Shown here piece by piece: positions 29,443 through 40,855 of a stretch of DNA of 64,000 nucleotides. Both the position numbers and the translations under genes were made by a program. The notes beneath the pieces are model-generated. The model was not told the DNA's origin, did not search any database, and saw only the letters and a program-made list of their open reading frames with translations. Position 1 is the stretch's first letter; each line of letters opens with the position of its first letter. The stretch comes from Nanohaloarchaea archaeon B1-Br10_U2g1 (GTDB lineage Archaea; Nanohalarchaeota; Nanosalinia; Nanosalinales; Nanosalinaceae), in assembly GCA_001563875.1 (NCBI GenBank), contig LKMN01000001.1, positions 1 to 64,000 on the forward strand, read 5' to 3'.

Positions 29443-30546
29443 ATGACTGATCAAGCTCACAACATCCCTAGAAGGGAGTTCGATGACTATCAGATCCCTG
29501 AGGAATGGGAGACTGAAGAAGACGAAGACGAAAAACAAGAAAAGAAACAGGAAACAGAACAGCAAGAGGAAAACTCTGATAAAGTATCTGCAGAACAGGG
29601 CTATGAAGTAAGAAGAGAAGAAGCCAAAGAAGGAGATACAGTTCTAACCTGTCCAGAATGTGGCGCACAGAGGTTTGAACAAAACTCCGCGCAAGGAGAA
29701 CTAGTATGTGTAGACTGTGGACTTGTAATTGATGAAAACCGTATAGATGAATCCGCAGAATGGAGAGCATTCAACGAAGAAGAGAGAGAGAAGAAAGCAA
29801 GAGCAGGACAACCACTAACATACACAAAACACGACATGGGGGTCTCAACAGAGATCGGAAAAGGATCAGGAGAACTATACAAGGTCTCTGGAAACAAGAG
29901 AGCACAATACTACAGGCTAAGAAAATGGCACAAAAGACTCACTAAGTCGAAAGACAGGAACCTAGGTTTCGCACTGAGCGAACTGAACTCTATGGTTTCA
30001 AACCTGAACCTGCCAGAATCAGTTCACGAAGAGGTTGCAAGACTATACGAGAAAGCAGTAGACCAAGGGCTGGTAAGAGGGCGCTCAATGGAGTCAATAA
30101 TCTCAGCACTACTATACATTGTAGCAAGAAAACAAGGTACTCCGAGAACACTTGACGAAATCAGTGAAGCTTCAGGTATAGAAAAGAGAGAAATCGGAAG
30201 AGCCTACAGATACGTAGCAAGAGAACTGGGACTAAGAATCCTTCCGGCAAAACCGCAGGACTACGTACCAAGATTTGCAGGAAAGCTACAGCTCTCAGGA
30301 GAAGTACAGGCCAGAGCAAGACAGATTCTCAAAGAAGCAAGAGAAAAAGATCTACTTTCTGGAAAAGGACCTACCGGTCTTGCAGCTGCAGCACTCTACA
30401 TTGCAGCAGTACTAGAGGGAGAGAAAAGAACACAGAGAGAGGTAGCAGATGTAGTAGGAGTAACGGAAGTCACAATCAGGAACCGTTACAAGGAACTTGC
30501 TGAAAAGTTAGGGTTAGAGGAAGAACTTGAAGAGAAGAGCAATTAG
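29443..30546 (+). CDS. tfb: Transcription initiation factor IIB
   Basis: CPEC..CVDCG ribbon, EWRAF, cyclin repeats, VTEVTIRNRYKEL. Confidence 0.97.
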   Translation: MTDQAHNIPRREFDDYQIPEEWETEEDEDEKQEKKQETEQQEENSDKVSAEQGYEVRREEAKEGDTVLTCPECGAQRFEQNSAQGELVCVDCGLVIDENRIDESAEWRAFNEEEREKKARAGQPLTYTKHDMGVSTEIGKGSGELYKVSGNKRAQYYRLRKWHKRLTKSKDRNLGFALSELNSMVSNLNLPESVHEEVARLYEKAVDQGLVRGRSMESIISALLYIVARKQGTPRTLDEISEASGIEKREIGRAYRYVARELGLRILPAKPQDYVPRFAGKLQLSGEVQARARQILKEAREKDLLSGKGPTGLAAAALYIAAVLEGEKRTQREVADVVGVTEVTIRNRYKELAEKLGLEEELEEKSN

Positions 30547-30579
30547 CCTTCTCTCTTCTTTAACTTATATTATTTCTAT

Positions 30580-31008
30580 TTATTCTTCTAAATAACTTTC
30601 AAGTCTTTTTGCTTCGTTATAATCAGGATCCATAATTTCTATAGCTGTTGAGTCGCTTCTGGATACAAGTTTCTCTAGAATAGAATCTATATTACTTGAT
30701 CTCTCATATAAATTAGATAATATCTTGCTTTCAGGCAAATATTCTCTATGGACTGATAGCCTTATTGAAGGCTCTATGGTGGGGTGCTGGTAGTTTCTCC
30801 AACTTATGGTTGCTCTGTTCGGTGTGATGTTAGTCCCTGACATCTCTATGTCTAGACCATACTGTTCTACTATATCTTCCAGCTCAGAGTCATCTAAAGA
30901 TATCTTGTCTTTAAAGTCTTCTTTAGAGCTGTAGAGCCCGCTACAGGAGTCTCTAGAAGGTTTAAGATGTTCTCGAGGCGTGTTTTCATCGTTTCTGATG
31001 GCCATCAC
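30580..31008 (-). CDS. Hypothetical protein
   Basis: 142-aa acidic ORF. Confidence 0.6.
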   Translation of the reverse strand: MMAIRNDENTPREHLKPSRDSCSGLYSSKEDFKDKISLDDSELEDIVEQYGLDIEMSGTNITPNRATISWRNYQHPTIEPSIRLSVHREYLPESKILSNLYERSSNIDSILEKLVSRSDSTAIEIMDPDYNEAKRLESYLEE

Positions 31009-31156
31009 ATGTTACCTATTATATGTTTTGTTGTTACGGCTTATATAGTGTTTATTGTGAAGTTGGATACAGATTGTATAGCTACTGTTTATCTAAACAT
31101 CATAATACCTCAGATATTACGGCATAATTCGCTAGGACTGTTAATGCTCAGACTTG

Positions 31157-32269
31157 CTAAGGCTTATTATCCGACTCGGAAAGTTCTCTGATAATAGTTT
31201 TTATGTCATTAATAGGTGCATCAGTTCGGAAACCTGTTGGGGAAAAGTGCGTCCTTGAAACAGGATAACCTTTCGTTCCTATTTCTTCAATAACTCTTCT
31301 TCTTTTAGGTACTGATATTTTCATATTGGATGCAAGCTCGTGGATGTCATAAAACGGTGCCAGGAGCTCTCCCTCATTATGTAGCATCTTGACCATCTCG
31401 AGGCTTCCCTCCCACTCTTTAGGAATTTTTTCCAGTACTTTCTCAGTAAAACGTATATCTATAATCTTGCCTGTCCAGAGAGGTCCGGCTATCTCGGTTT
31501 TTGAGCCGCAGTTTTCACATCTTTCAACTCGTTCAAGTTTCCTCCATCTACAGCTCCTACAGAAAGATAGAAATCCTATGTTATCCAAGTTCTTATTGGT
31601 ACGTTTCTTTGACTCTGTTACGCGGCCTATAACCCGACTGTAATGTCTTTCATGGAAACATATACGTGGCTCGAATGCCTTGTCATATCTTGCAAAGTTT
31701 TGGAAAACCTCCTTAATATATATTCTTAGAGCAGTCTCATGCATGAAGCTGTTCTTTAATGGTTCTGAGCTGTACCTTCTCCTACAGGTCTTCTTATAGC
31801 TTCCTGTAGGCACCGCATTATCTGTAGCTGTTAAACCGATAAGGCTCTGGTGGTTTGCGGCTCTAGCTGTAGAGTCCAGGTAGTTGGTAAAAGGTCCGAA
31901 AGGATCTATGTCTATTAAGTGAAAGTAGTTCCGATAATCGCTTAGTAAGACGTTAGCATCTCTTTTGTGTGTCTCAGCCTCCACATTGTTGGCCTCTAGA
32001 GCTTTCTGAATACTTTTCACCGCCTCAGGGTTTGCGTCGTTCAAATGTAGCTCAGTGGATATTTTGGAGTATCTAAGACCTCTTATACCTGAGGCTGATA
32101 AGGCGTCACATACCCGGAAGTCCTCGGTTTCTACCGCTTCTCTAAAAACCTTTCCGGCTATCTCTGATATATCTCTGTTGAGAACCATCTCTGAGTTGTA
32201 AAATACTTCTGAGTCCTTTCCGGGCTCTTCTTCATTGGGCACGTACAGTATGTAGCCTCTCTCTTCCAT
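31157..32269 (-). CDS. trm1: tRNA (guanine-26)-N2-dimethyltransferase
   Basis: VFYNSEMVLNRD, DALSASGIRGLRY, DIDPFG, RTHFSPTGFRTDA; ATG at 32269. Confidence 0.95.
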   Translation of the reverse strand: MEERGYILYVPNEEEPGKDSEVFYNSEMVLNRDISEIAGKVFREAVETEDFRVCDALSASGIRGLRYSKISTELHLNDANPEAVKSIQKALEANNVEAETHKRDANVLLSDYRNYFHLIDIDPFGPFTNYLDSTARAANHQSLIGLTATDNAVPTGSYKKTCRRRYSSEPLKNSFMHETALRIYIKEVFQNFARYDKAFEPRICFHERHYSRVIGRVTESKKRTNKNLDNIGFLSFCRSCRWRKLERVERCENCGSKTEIAGPLWTGKIIDIRFTEKVLEKIPKEWEGSLEMVKMLHNEGELLAPFYDIHELASNMKISVPKRRRVIEEIGTKGYPVSRTHFSPTGFRTDAPINDIKTIIRELSESDNKP

Positions 32270-32408
32270 GTTTAACCTCCTGAACCAAATCTTTTTAAAG
32301 AAGCCATCGGCTAAAAAACAGTAACGTTTATTTAGTTTATCCCTAATCTTCAAACCGGACAGGGTTTATAAGCTTCTCTGTTTTAGAGCTTAATGCGGTG
32401 GATTAAAA

Positions 32409-32726
32409 GTGGTTAATGTAGTTCAGGAAGTAAAGAATGCGGAAAAAGACGCGGAATCAATAGTGGCCGAAGCCGAAGAGGACAAGAAAGAAATAATAAG
32501 TTCTGCAAAGCAGGAAGCCAAAGAAATAGTTCAAGAGACAGAAGACAGTATCGAAAAAGAAAAACTTGAAGAAATGGACAGATTCAAGGAAAAAGTAAAT
32601 CAAGAAAAAGAAGAAATAATTGAAGAAGGTAGAGAGGAAGCTAACAAGATTAGAGATAAAGCCGCAGATAACTTAGATGATGTAGAAAGTTTTCTCTGGA
32701 ACAATTTTGAGTCAGAGTTCCTTTAG
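32409..32726 (+). CDS. atpH: A-type ATP synthase subunit H
   Basis: Charged helical stalk protein, first gene of the operon. Confidence 0.8.
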   Translation: MVNVVQEVKNAEKDAESIVAEAEEDKKEIISSAKQEAKEIVQETEDSIEKEKLEEMDRFKEKVNQEKEEIIEEGREEANKIRDKAADNLDDVESFLWNNFESEFL

Positions 32727-32753
32727 AGGTGTTTAGAAATCAAACCTGCAGAA

Positions 32754-34532
32754 ATGGATAAAATATCGGTTACAGGACCTAAAAAAGAGCTTGAAACAGT
32801 TATAGAGAGGCTCTATGATTTACAGGTACTTGACATTGAACATTATGAAGGTGAACTAGATACAGGATCGCCTTTTGATGAATCAGAAGATCTATCCGAA
32901 CTCTTAGTTGATATACGGTCCTTAATATCAAAACTTCCTAAAGTTGAGAACTCTGAAGAAAGGAACATTTCTATAGAAGAACTTCAGGAAAAGATACCTG
33001 AGATAAATGAAGTTATTGAGTCTTCCGAAGAAGAAAGAAGTAATATCGAAAGAAAGCTTTCAGAAACAAAGGAAAGACTCAAATATTATAGAAGACTCAA
33101 AGGAACAAATCTCAAGATAGAAGATCTAAAGGGGACAAAGAATCTTGATGTATATATAGGAAAAATAAAGGCTGAAAGATTTGAAGAAAGCTTAAAGGCA
33201 GATGACTATGAGTTGCTCAAAGGACAGAAAGCAACAGTAATAGTATACAAAAAAGGATCAGAAGAGATTGAAGATGCTATAAGAAAATATTCCAAAGAAG
33301 ATTATGGACTTACTGAGACAAGTTATGAAGGTAGTATAAGACAAGTAATAAGTGAGTTAGAAAGAGAAAGAGATGAACTCAAACAGGAATTAAACAGTAT
33401 TAAACAAAGGCTGGAAAAACTATCTAAGGAATGGTCAGCTGTACTCAGAAATAAAGAGAAATTCTTAATGGAGAAAGTAGAGAAAGCTGAGGCGCCAATA
33501 AACTTCGCCACCACCACAAATGCATTTATAGCACAAGGATGGGTGCCTTCCGAAAAATACAGAGAGGTCAAAGAAACCTTAGCTGAAGTTGCTGAAGGCA
33601 ACATCTACGTCCAGAAAGAGGAAACTGAAGAAGAACCTCCTGTCAAACACGAAAATAACAGATTAGTACAGCCCTTTGAGGATTTCACAGATCTAATAGC
33701 AGTACCAAGGTATAACGAGATAGATCCTTCATTTATGCTTTTGATCACGTTCCCACTTTTCTTCGGACTGATGATCGGAGACATAGGATACGGGCTAGGA
33801 AGCGCAGTAGTATTTCTAGCAGGTATGAAGATGGTTCCGGAGGCATCTGACATGTTCAAGGCACTGCTTTGGACCTCGGGAGCAACCGTTCTCTTCGGTG
33901 CAATATACGGAGAGATGTTTGGATTCCAGATATATGAGTCTCCGTTCTACAGAGCCGATTACTGGACAGAGATATTCTATATCTCATTGGGAATAGGTGT
34001 AGCCCATATCAATCTAGGACTCCTATTCGGAGCATACAACGAATATGTAAGCCATGGGATCATGGAGGCGGTCTACGCCAAACTATCATGGATAGTCTTA
34101 GAGATAGCTGCAGTCGGAGGCTACCTAGTATATGCAACATACGGCAGCACACCAGGAACAGCGGTCATAATGGGTCTAGGAATCCCGGCAGTAGCAATGA
34201 TCTTCAAGGGAGAAGGAGTTGAGGGTATAGTAGAGATACCAAGCCTAGTATCAAATATAATCTCTTACCTAAGACTGTTCGGAGTCTGTATGGCAGCATA
34301 CACACTTGCAGGTACAGCGAACGCAATCGCGGCTCCAGGACTAACCTCGGGAACAGTGATAGGTGTGGCTTCAGGGGTAGTAATCCTGATTGGAGCACAC
34401 ACAATGCTTACATTCATTAAAATCCTAGAAGGCGCTATTCAGGGCATCCGACTCCACTATGTGGAGATGTTTGGATGGTTCTATGAAGGCGGCGGAAGAA
34501 AATACGCTCCATTCGGAGCAAAATCCAAGTAA
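32754..34532 (+). CDS. atpI: A-type ATP synthase subunit I (a); true start may be 32739
   Basis: PRYNEIDP, FFGLMIGDIGYG, ISYLRL, IRLHYVE. Confidence 0.95.
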   Translation: MDKISVTGPKKELETVIERLYDLQVLDIEHYEGELDTGSPFDESEDLSELLVDIRSLISKLPKVENSEERNISIEELQEKIPEINEVIESSEEERSNIERKLSETKERLKYYRRLKGTNLKIEDLKGTKNLDVYIGKIKAERFEESLKADDYELLKGQKATVIVYKKGSEEIEDAIRKYSKEDYGLTETSYEGSIRQVISELERERDELKQELNSIKQRLEKLSKEWSAVLRNKEKFLMEKVEKAEAPINFATTTNAFIAQGWVPSEKYREVKETLAEVAEGNIYVQKEETEEEPPVKHENNRLVQPFEDFTDLIAVPRYNEIDPSFMLLITFPLFFGLMIGDIGYGLGSAVVFLAGMKMVPEASDMFKALLWTSGATVLFGAIYGEMFGFQIYESPFYRADYWTEIFYISLGIGVAHINLGLLFGAYNEYVSHGIMEAVYAKLSWIVLEIAAVGGYLVYATYGSTPGTAVIMGLGIPAVAMIFKGEGVEGIVEIPSLVSNIISYLRLFGVCMAAYTLAGTANAIAAPGLTSGTVIGVASGVVILIGAHTMLTFIKILEGAIQGIRLHYVEMFGWFYEGGGRKYAPFGAKSK

Positions 34533-34561
34533 AAACAATATTTGAGGTGAAAACCTAGAAA

Positions 34562-34780
34562 ATGGCAGTAGACGGACTAGTAGCAATCGGTGCAGCAGCA
34601 GCGATCAGCATTACAGCACTAGCAACAGCATGGGCGCAAGCAAAGATTGGAAGCGCAGGAATCGGAGCACTAGCAGAAGATGACGGCCTATTCGGAAAAG
34701 TATTCCTTTTAGCCGTTATCCCAGAGACCATGGTTATCTTCGGGCTGGTTGTTGCACTGGTTGTAACAGGATTCATTTAG
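34562..34780 (+). CDS. atpK: A-type ATP synthase subunit K (c), single hairpin
   Basis: Two TMs; AWAQAKIG and IPETMVIFG. Confidence 0.95.
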   Translation: MAVDGLVAIGAAAAISITALATAWAQAKIGSAGIGALAEDDGLFGKVFLLAVIPETMVIFGLVVALVVTGFI

Positions 34781-34790
34781 AAAACCAAAA

Positions 34791-34810
34791 GAAGGGCCTC
34801 AAGGCCCTTC
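34791..34810 (+). promoter_or_regulatory. Intra-operon stem-loop after atpK
   Basis: GAAGGGCC-TCAA-GGCCCTTC perfect 8-bp stem. Confidence 0.7.
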
Positions 34811-34861
34811 CAACCTATTATTTATTCAATAAAAGAAAGCAGACGGACGTGAAAAAATACT

Positions 34862-35398
34862 ATGGGACTTGAAGAAGTTAAATCCGAAATCTTGGACGAA
34901 GCGGAGGCAAAAGCCGATCACCTAGTTCAAGAAGCAGAGGAAGAAAAAGAAAAAATCTTGGATAAAGCAAAAGAAGAGGCAGAAGAGATAAGAGAAGAGC
35001 ACATGGAAGAGCTGGAAGACAAGAAAGATATCTATAAGAGAAAAGCAATATCCACAGCTCGGATGAAAGCAAAAGAGGAGAAACTACACGCAAGGGAAGA
35101 AAATATCTCTAAAGTGTTCGAAGAGTTTAGAAATAAATTAGGACAGATGTCTAAAAAAGAGAAAAAGAGCTATGTTGAAAGCTGCCTAGAAAAACCTAAA
35201 TTCGACATAGGTAAAGTGATCGGTTCTGAAGATTTTGAAGAGTTAGTAGATAAAGAGTTCGAAGAAGAAGACAGCATTGAAGGAATTGTTGTTGTTTCAG
35301 AAGACGGTAACCGAAGACAGAACTTCAGTTTCGACAAGATAGCCGAACAGTTCAAAAGCCAGTACAGAAGAGAAGTAGCTGAAAAACTCTTCGAGTGA
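34862..35398 (+). CDS. atpE: A-type ATP synthase subunit E
   Basis: MGLEEVKSEI helical N-terminus, GIVVVSEDG; operon position. Confidence 0.9.
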   Translation: MGLEEVKSEILDEAEAKADHLVQEAEEEKEKILDKAKEEAEEIREEHMEELEDKKDIYKRKAISTARMKAKEEKLHAREENISKVFEEFRNKLGQMSKKEKKSYVESCLEKPKFDIGKVIGSEDFEELVDKEFEEEDSIEGIVVVSEDGNRRQNFSFDKIAEQFKSQYRREVAEKLFE

Positions 35399-35399
35399 G

Positions 35400-36401
35400 T
35401 TGAAGATGATGCTGAGCCGAGATTACCCTTATATGTATGCACGTGTAAGCGCCAAGAAAGCTAAACTTTTAGATGAAAGAGATTACCAGAATCTCTGGAA
35501 GATGCAGCCTAACGGGATAGCCCGGAACCTAGGTGAGAAAGACTATAAAAAGGATATAGATAGTCTTGGCTCGGAACATGAGGGAGTAGAACTTGTAGAA
35601 CTTGCCTTAATGAGGAACCTCTCTAGAACTATGAGAGATCTAGTCGAGATATCTCCTGAATCACTTCAACCGGTTATTGAAGGCTATCTAAGAAGATACG
35701 ATATAATAAGTATCAAAAGACTGCTGAGGTGGAAGAAGGGTGGAGAAGACGGCAATATTCACAGCTTCCTAGTGCCTGTGGGAGACTATGATCTTGAAAG
35801 ACTTGAGGAACTAGCAGAAAAAGATTTTGAAGAAATAGTGGAGTCCATAAATTTCCCTGAATCTAATATAGACTACCAAGAGGTTCTCACAAGCCAATCC
35901 GATATCAGAAAGATAGAAAGAGATCTTGACAGAGCCTACTACAAAGATCTAAAGGACATAAAGGGCACGGTTAGCAGTATATGGTTTGACGAGTTTATAG
36001 ACCGAGAAATTGAGTATGAAAATCTAAAAATTGCTTTAAGGCTAAAGAAACACTGTATAAAAGAAGATAAGATACGTGAATGGTTGATAACAGAGCAGCC
36101 TACGAAAGTAGTGGAGAAAGTTATAAAGGCTGAAAGCATAGAGCAAGCAGTAGAAGAGGTCTCCCAACACATAGATATTGATAACGGAGAGACTTTAGAG
36201 GAGATCGAGCACCAGCTTGAAATATATAGACTCAATAAAGCAATGAAAACTGCTCACGTAGAACCCTTAAGCGCTACATCAATCCTGGGCTACATCGTTG
36301 CGAAGATAGTTGAAGTCAAAAATCTCAGAATGCTTATACGGGCGAAGGAAACAGGAATACAAAATGAAGAAACAATCAAGAAGAAACTGGTGATAGCATG
36401 A
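35400..36401 (+). CDS. atpC: A-type ATP synthase subunit C
   Basis: YPYMYARV, GYIVAKIVEVKNLR. Confidence 0.92.
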   Translation: MKMMLSRDYPYMYARVSAKKAKLLDERDYQNLWKMQPNGIARNLGEKDYKKDIDSLGSEHEGVELVELALMRNLSRTMRDLVEISPESLQPVIEGYLRRYDIISIKRLLRWKKGGEDGNIHSFLVPVGDYDLERLEELAEKDFEEIVESINFPESNIDYQEVLTSQSDIRKIERDLDRAYYKDLKDIKGTVSSIWFDEFIDREIEYENLKIALRLKKHCIKEDKIREWLITEQPTKVVEKVIKAESIEQAVEEVSQHIDIDNGETLEEIEHQLEIYRLNKAMKTAHVEPLSATSILGYIVAKIVEVKNLRMLIRAKETGIQNEETIKKKLVIA

Positions 36402-36703
36402 AAAGAGACAAGAAAAGTATAGCAGTAATTGGAAGAGAGGAGTTCACTTTAGGATTCCAACTAGCGGGAATACAGAAAGTATATGAGAGAGAAAATTACA
36501 CAGAGAAAATCCAAGAAATTACAGATAGAGACGATATAGGTATCGTAATAGTGGAACAACAAGATCTTGAAGAACTGCCTTCACATATAAGACAGAGGAT
36601 TGAAGGATCAGTAGATCCTGTAGTAGTTCCGCTTACAGAAGAGGCAGAAGCAATGGGACTACAAGACAAAATCAGGAAGGTAATCGGAGTCGACTTATCG
36701 TAA
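36398..36703 (+). CDS. atpF: A-type ATP synthase subunit F
   Basis: IAVIG..GFQLAGI, KVIGVDL. Confidence 0.93.
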   Translation: MKRDKKSIAVIGREEFTLGFQLAGIQKVYERENYTEKIQEITDRDDIGIVIVEQQDLEELPSHIRQRIEGSVDPVVVPLTEEAEAMGLQDKIRKVIGVDLS

Positions 36704-36734
36704 CAATACTATTTCAATAGGTGAATTATCAAAA

Positions 36735-38488
<1,754 letters not shown>

Positions 38489-38492
<4 letters not shown>

Positions 38493-38722
38493 CGGTCTAC
38501 AGTAGAGTCGAAGAAGTAGAGGAGTATCTGGAGTCAGAGGGCTGGGACAGCCTTCTTGACCAACTCTATGACTTTAATAATAAAGCAGGTCTAGGTGTAG
38601 AAGGACTACTGGAAAACAGCAGAGAAGAAGGTGCAAAGACTGTTGTAGCAAACCTTCTTGAGAATCATGACTACGAAATAGAAGAACCGGCGGAAACCTA
38701 TCTAACCGCTGAAGAGGTGTAA
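38489..38722 (+). CDS. Small acidic protein between atpA and atpB
   Basis: 77 aa; GTG overlaps the atpA stop (GTGA); ends 7 nt before atpB. Confidence 0.7.
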
Positions 38723-38729
38723 AGATACT

Positions 38730-40121
38730 ATGACTCAACAAGAATACCAGACAATCAACCAAGTTAAAGGACCACTTGTATTTGTGGAGAAAACCGATGA
38801 AATTGCCTACGGAGATATTGTAGAAGTAGAGACTCCCAACGGCGAAGTCAAAAAAGGAGAAGTACTTGAAACAAGTAAAGACATCGTTGTTGTCCAAGTC
38901 TATGAAGAGACACAGGGAATTGGACAGGACGCACGGGTACGTTTCCTAGACCAAAACGTTAAGATGCCTGTAACAGATGATCTTCTAGGAAGAGTACTAG
39001 ACGGTACAGGAAACCCGATTGATGGCGGACCTGATATCGTGCCGGAGAAAGAAGAAGACATTCTAGGACAAGCAATCAATCCTTACAGCCGTGAACTACC
39101 TGAAGACTTCATACAGACAGGTATATCAAGTATCGACGTCATGAACACACTGGTTCGAGGACAGAAGCTACCGATCTTCTCCGGATCAGGGTTGCCGCAC
39201 AACGAACTGGCGATGCAAATTGCTAGACAGGCAGATGTACAGGGAGAAGACGACGAATTCGCAGTAGTATTCGCAGGAATGGGAATTACGGAAGAAGAGT
39301 CCCAAGACTTCATTGAAGAGTTCAGAGAGACAGGAGCACTAGAACGTTCCGTAGTATTCCTGAACAAAGCATCCGACCCTGCACCAGAAAGAATTATCAC
39401 GCCAAGAATGGCACTAACAACAGCAGAGTACCTGGCATACGAGAAAGGAATGGAAGTACTTGTTATCTTGACAGATATGACTAACTACTGTAACGCACTG
39501 AGAGAAGTATCTGCAGCAAGAGAAGAAGTGCCAGGAAGAAGAGGATACCCGGGATACATGTATACAGACTTAGCGAACATCTACGAAAGGGCAGGAATTA
39601 TCGACGGCAGAGAGGGATCAGTAACACAGATCCCTATCCTAACCATGGTTGGAGACGACATCACACATCCAATCCCGGACCTAACCGGATACATTACAGA
39701 AGGACAGATCGTGGTAGGAAGAGAGCTAGATAACCAAGGCTACGAACCACCGATCGACGTTCTACCAAGTCTATCTCGACTGATGGACAACGGAATAGGA
39801 GAAGGATTCACAAGAGAAGACCATGGAGACGTATCCGACCAAATATATGCAATGTATGCAGAAGGACAGTCACTTAGAGACTTGGTAGCGATTGTTGGTG
39901 AAGACGCGCTCTCAGATAAAGACGAAAAGATCCTGAAGTTCACCAACATGTTCGAGGAACACTTCGTAAGCCAAGGAAACCACGAAAATCGTTCAATAGA
40001 AGAATCCTTAGAGCTTTCATGGGATCTACTTTCAGTAATTCCGGAAGACGAGCTTACAAGAATCGATGCAGAGACACGACAAGAGTACCTTGAAAACCGT
40101 GAACCAAACTTTGAGGAATAA
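38730..40121 (+). CDS. atpB: A-type ATP synthase subunit B
   Basis: [27 protein letters not shown]. Confidence 0.98.
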   Translation: MTQQEYQTINQVKGPLVFVEKTDEIAYGDIVEVETPNGEVKKGEVLETSKDIVVVQVYEETQGIGQDARVRFLDQNVKMPVTDDLLGRVLDGTGNPIDGGPDIVPEKEEDILGQAINPYSRELPEDFIQTGISSIDVMNTLVRGQKLPIFSGSGLPHNELAMQIARQADVQGEDDEFAVVFAGMGITEEESQDFIEEFRETGALERSVVFLNKASDPAPERIITPRMALTTAEYLAYEKGMEVLVILTDMTNYCNALREVSAAREEVPGRRGYPGYMYTDLANIYERAGIIDGREGSVTQIPILTMVGDDITHPIPDLTGYITEGQIVVGRELDNQGYEPPIDVLPSLSRLMDNGIGEGFTREDHGDVSDQIYAMYAEGQSLRDLVAIVGEDALSDKDEKILKFTNMFEEHFVSQGNHENRSIEESLELSWDLLSVIPEDELTRIDAETRQEYLENREPNFEE

Positions 40122-40123
40122 GA

Positions 40124-40756
40124 ATGTCACAGGACGTAAAACCCACAAGATCTGAAGAACTGCGTTTGAAAGAACGTATAGAGCTAGCGGAGAACGGCCA
40201 CGGCATACTTGAAAAGAAGAGAGACGGATTGATCCACGAGTTCATGGAGATAGCAGGTGATGCCAAGGAGGTAAACCAAGAACTCGCAGAAACCTACTCG
40301 GAGGCAAAACTCAAACTGCTTCTTTCAAAGGTCTACGACGGAGAGGACAGCATAAGAGCAAATGCCTTCCCTGTAACTAAGGAGCCAAAGATTTACTCGG
40401 AGACAAGCAATATCATGGGCGTAGTCGTACCCGAAATAGAGTCAGAGGACATAAGAAAAGGAATTCTAGATAAAGAGTACGGCATAACATCTGCAACATC
40501 CAGGATCGACTCCACTGCAGACAAATTCGAAGAGCTCTTGGAGAAAGTGGTTGAGGCCGCCGAAACACAGACTAAGATCTTGAAACTTCTGGAAGAGATA
40601 GAGAAAACCAAGAGAAGAGTGAACGCATTAGAACACAAAGTAATACCCGAACAGAGAGCAGCTCTCGACAAGGTCTCCCAAATGCTTGAAGAAAGCGAAA
40701 GGGAAGAGACCTTCCGTATGAAGAAGATTAAGGAGATGCAGGAAGAGAAAGCCTAG
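40124..40756 (+). CDS. atpD: A-type ATP synthase subunit D
   Basis: VKPTRSE, LEKKRD, KTKRRVNALE. Confidence 0.95.
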   Translation: MSQDVKPTRSEELRLKERIELAENGHGILEKKRDGLIHEFMEIAGDAKEVNQELAETYSEAKLKLLLSKVYDGEDSIRANAFPVTKEPKIYSETSNIMGVVVPEIESEDIRKGILDKEYGITSATSRIDSTADKFEELLEKVVEAAETQTKILKLLEEIEKTKRRVNALEHKVIPEQRAALDKVSQMLEESEREETFRMKKIKEMQEEKA

Positions 40757-40855
40757 AATCTTTTCTTTGAAATTCTATTTTTCTTGATTTCTAATTTAGC
40801 AACTAGGAAGATAGTAAAGTAAAATTAGGAAAAGGATCGTATTTTATCATAGTTA

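Noticed and set aside
29443-29640. Acidic N-terminal extension of TFB
   Set aside because: Common in TFBs of halophilic archaea
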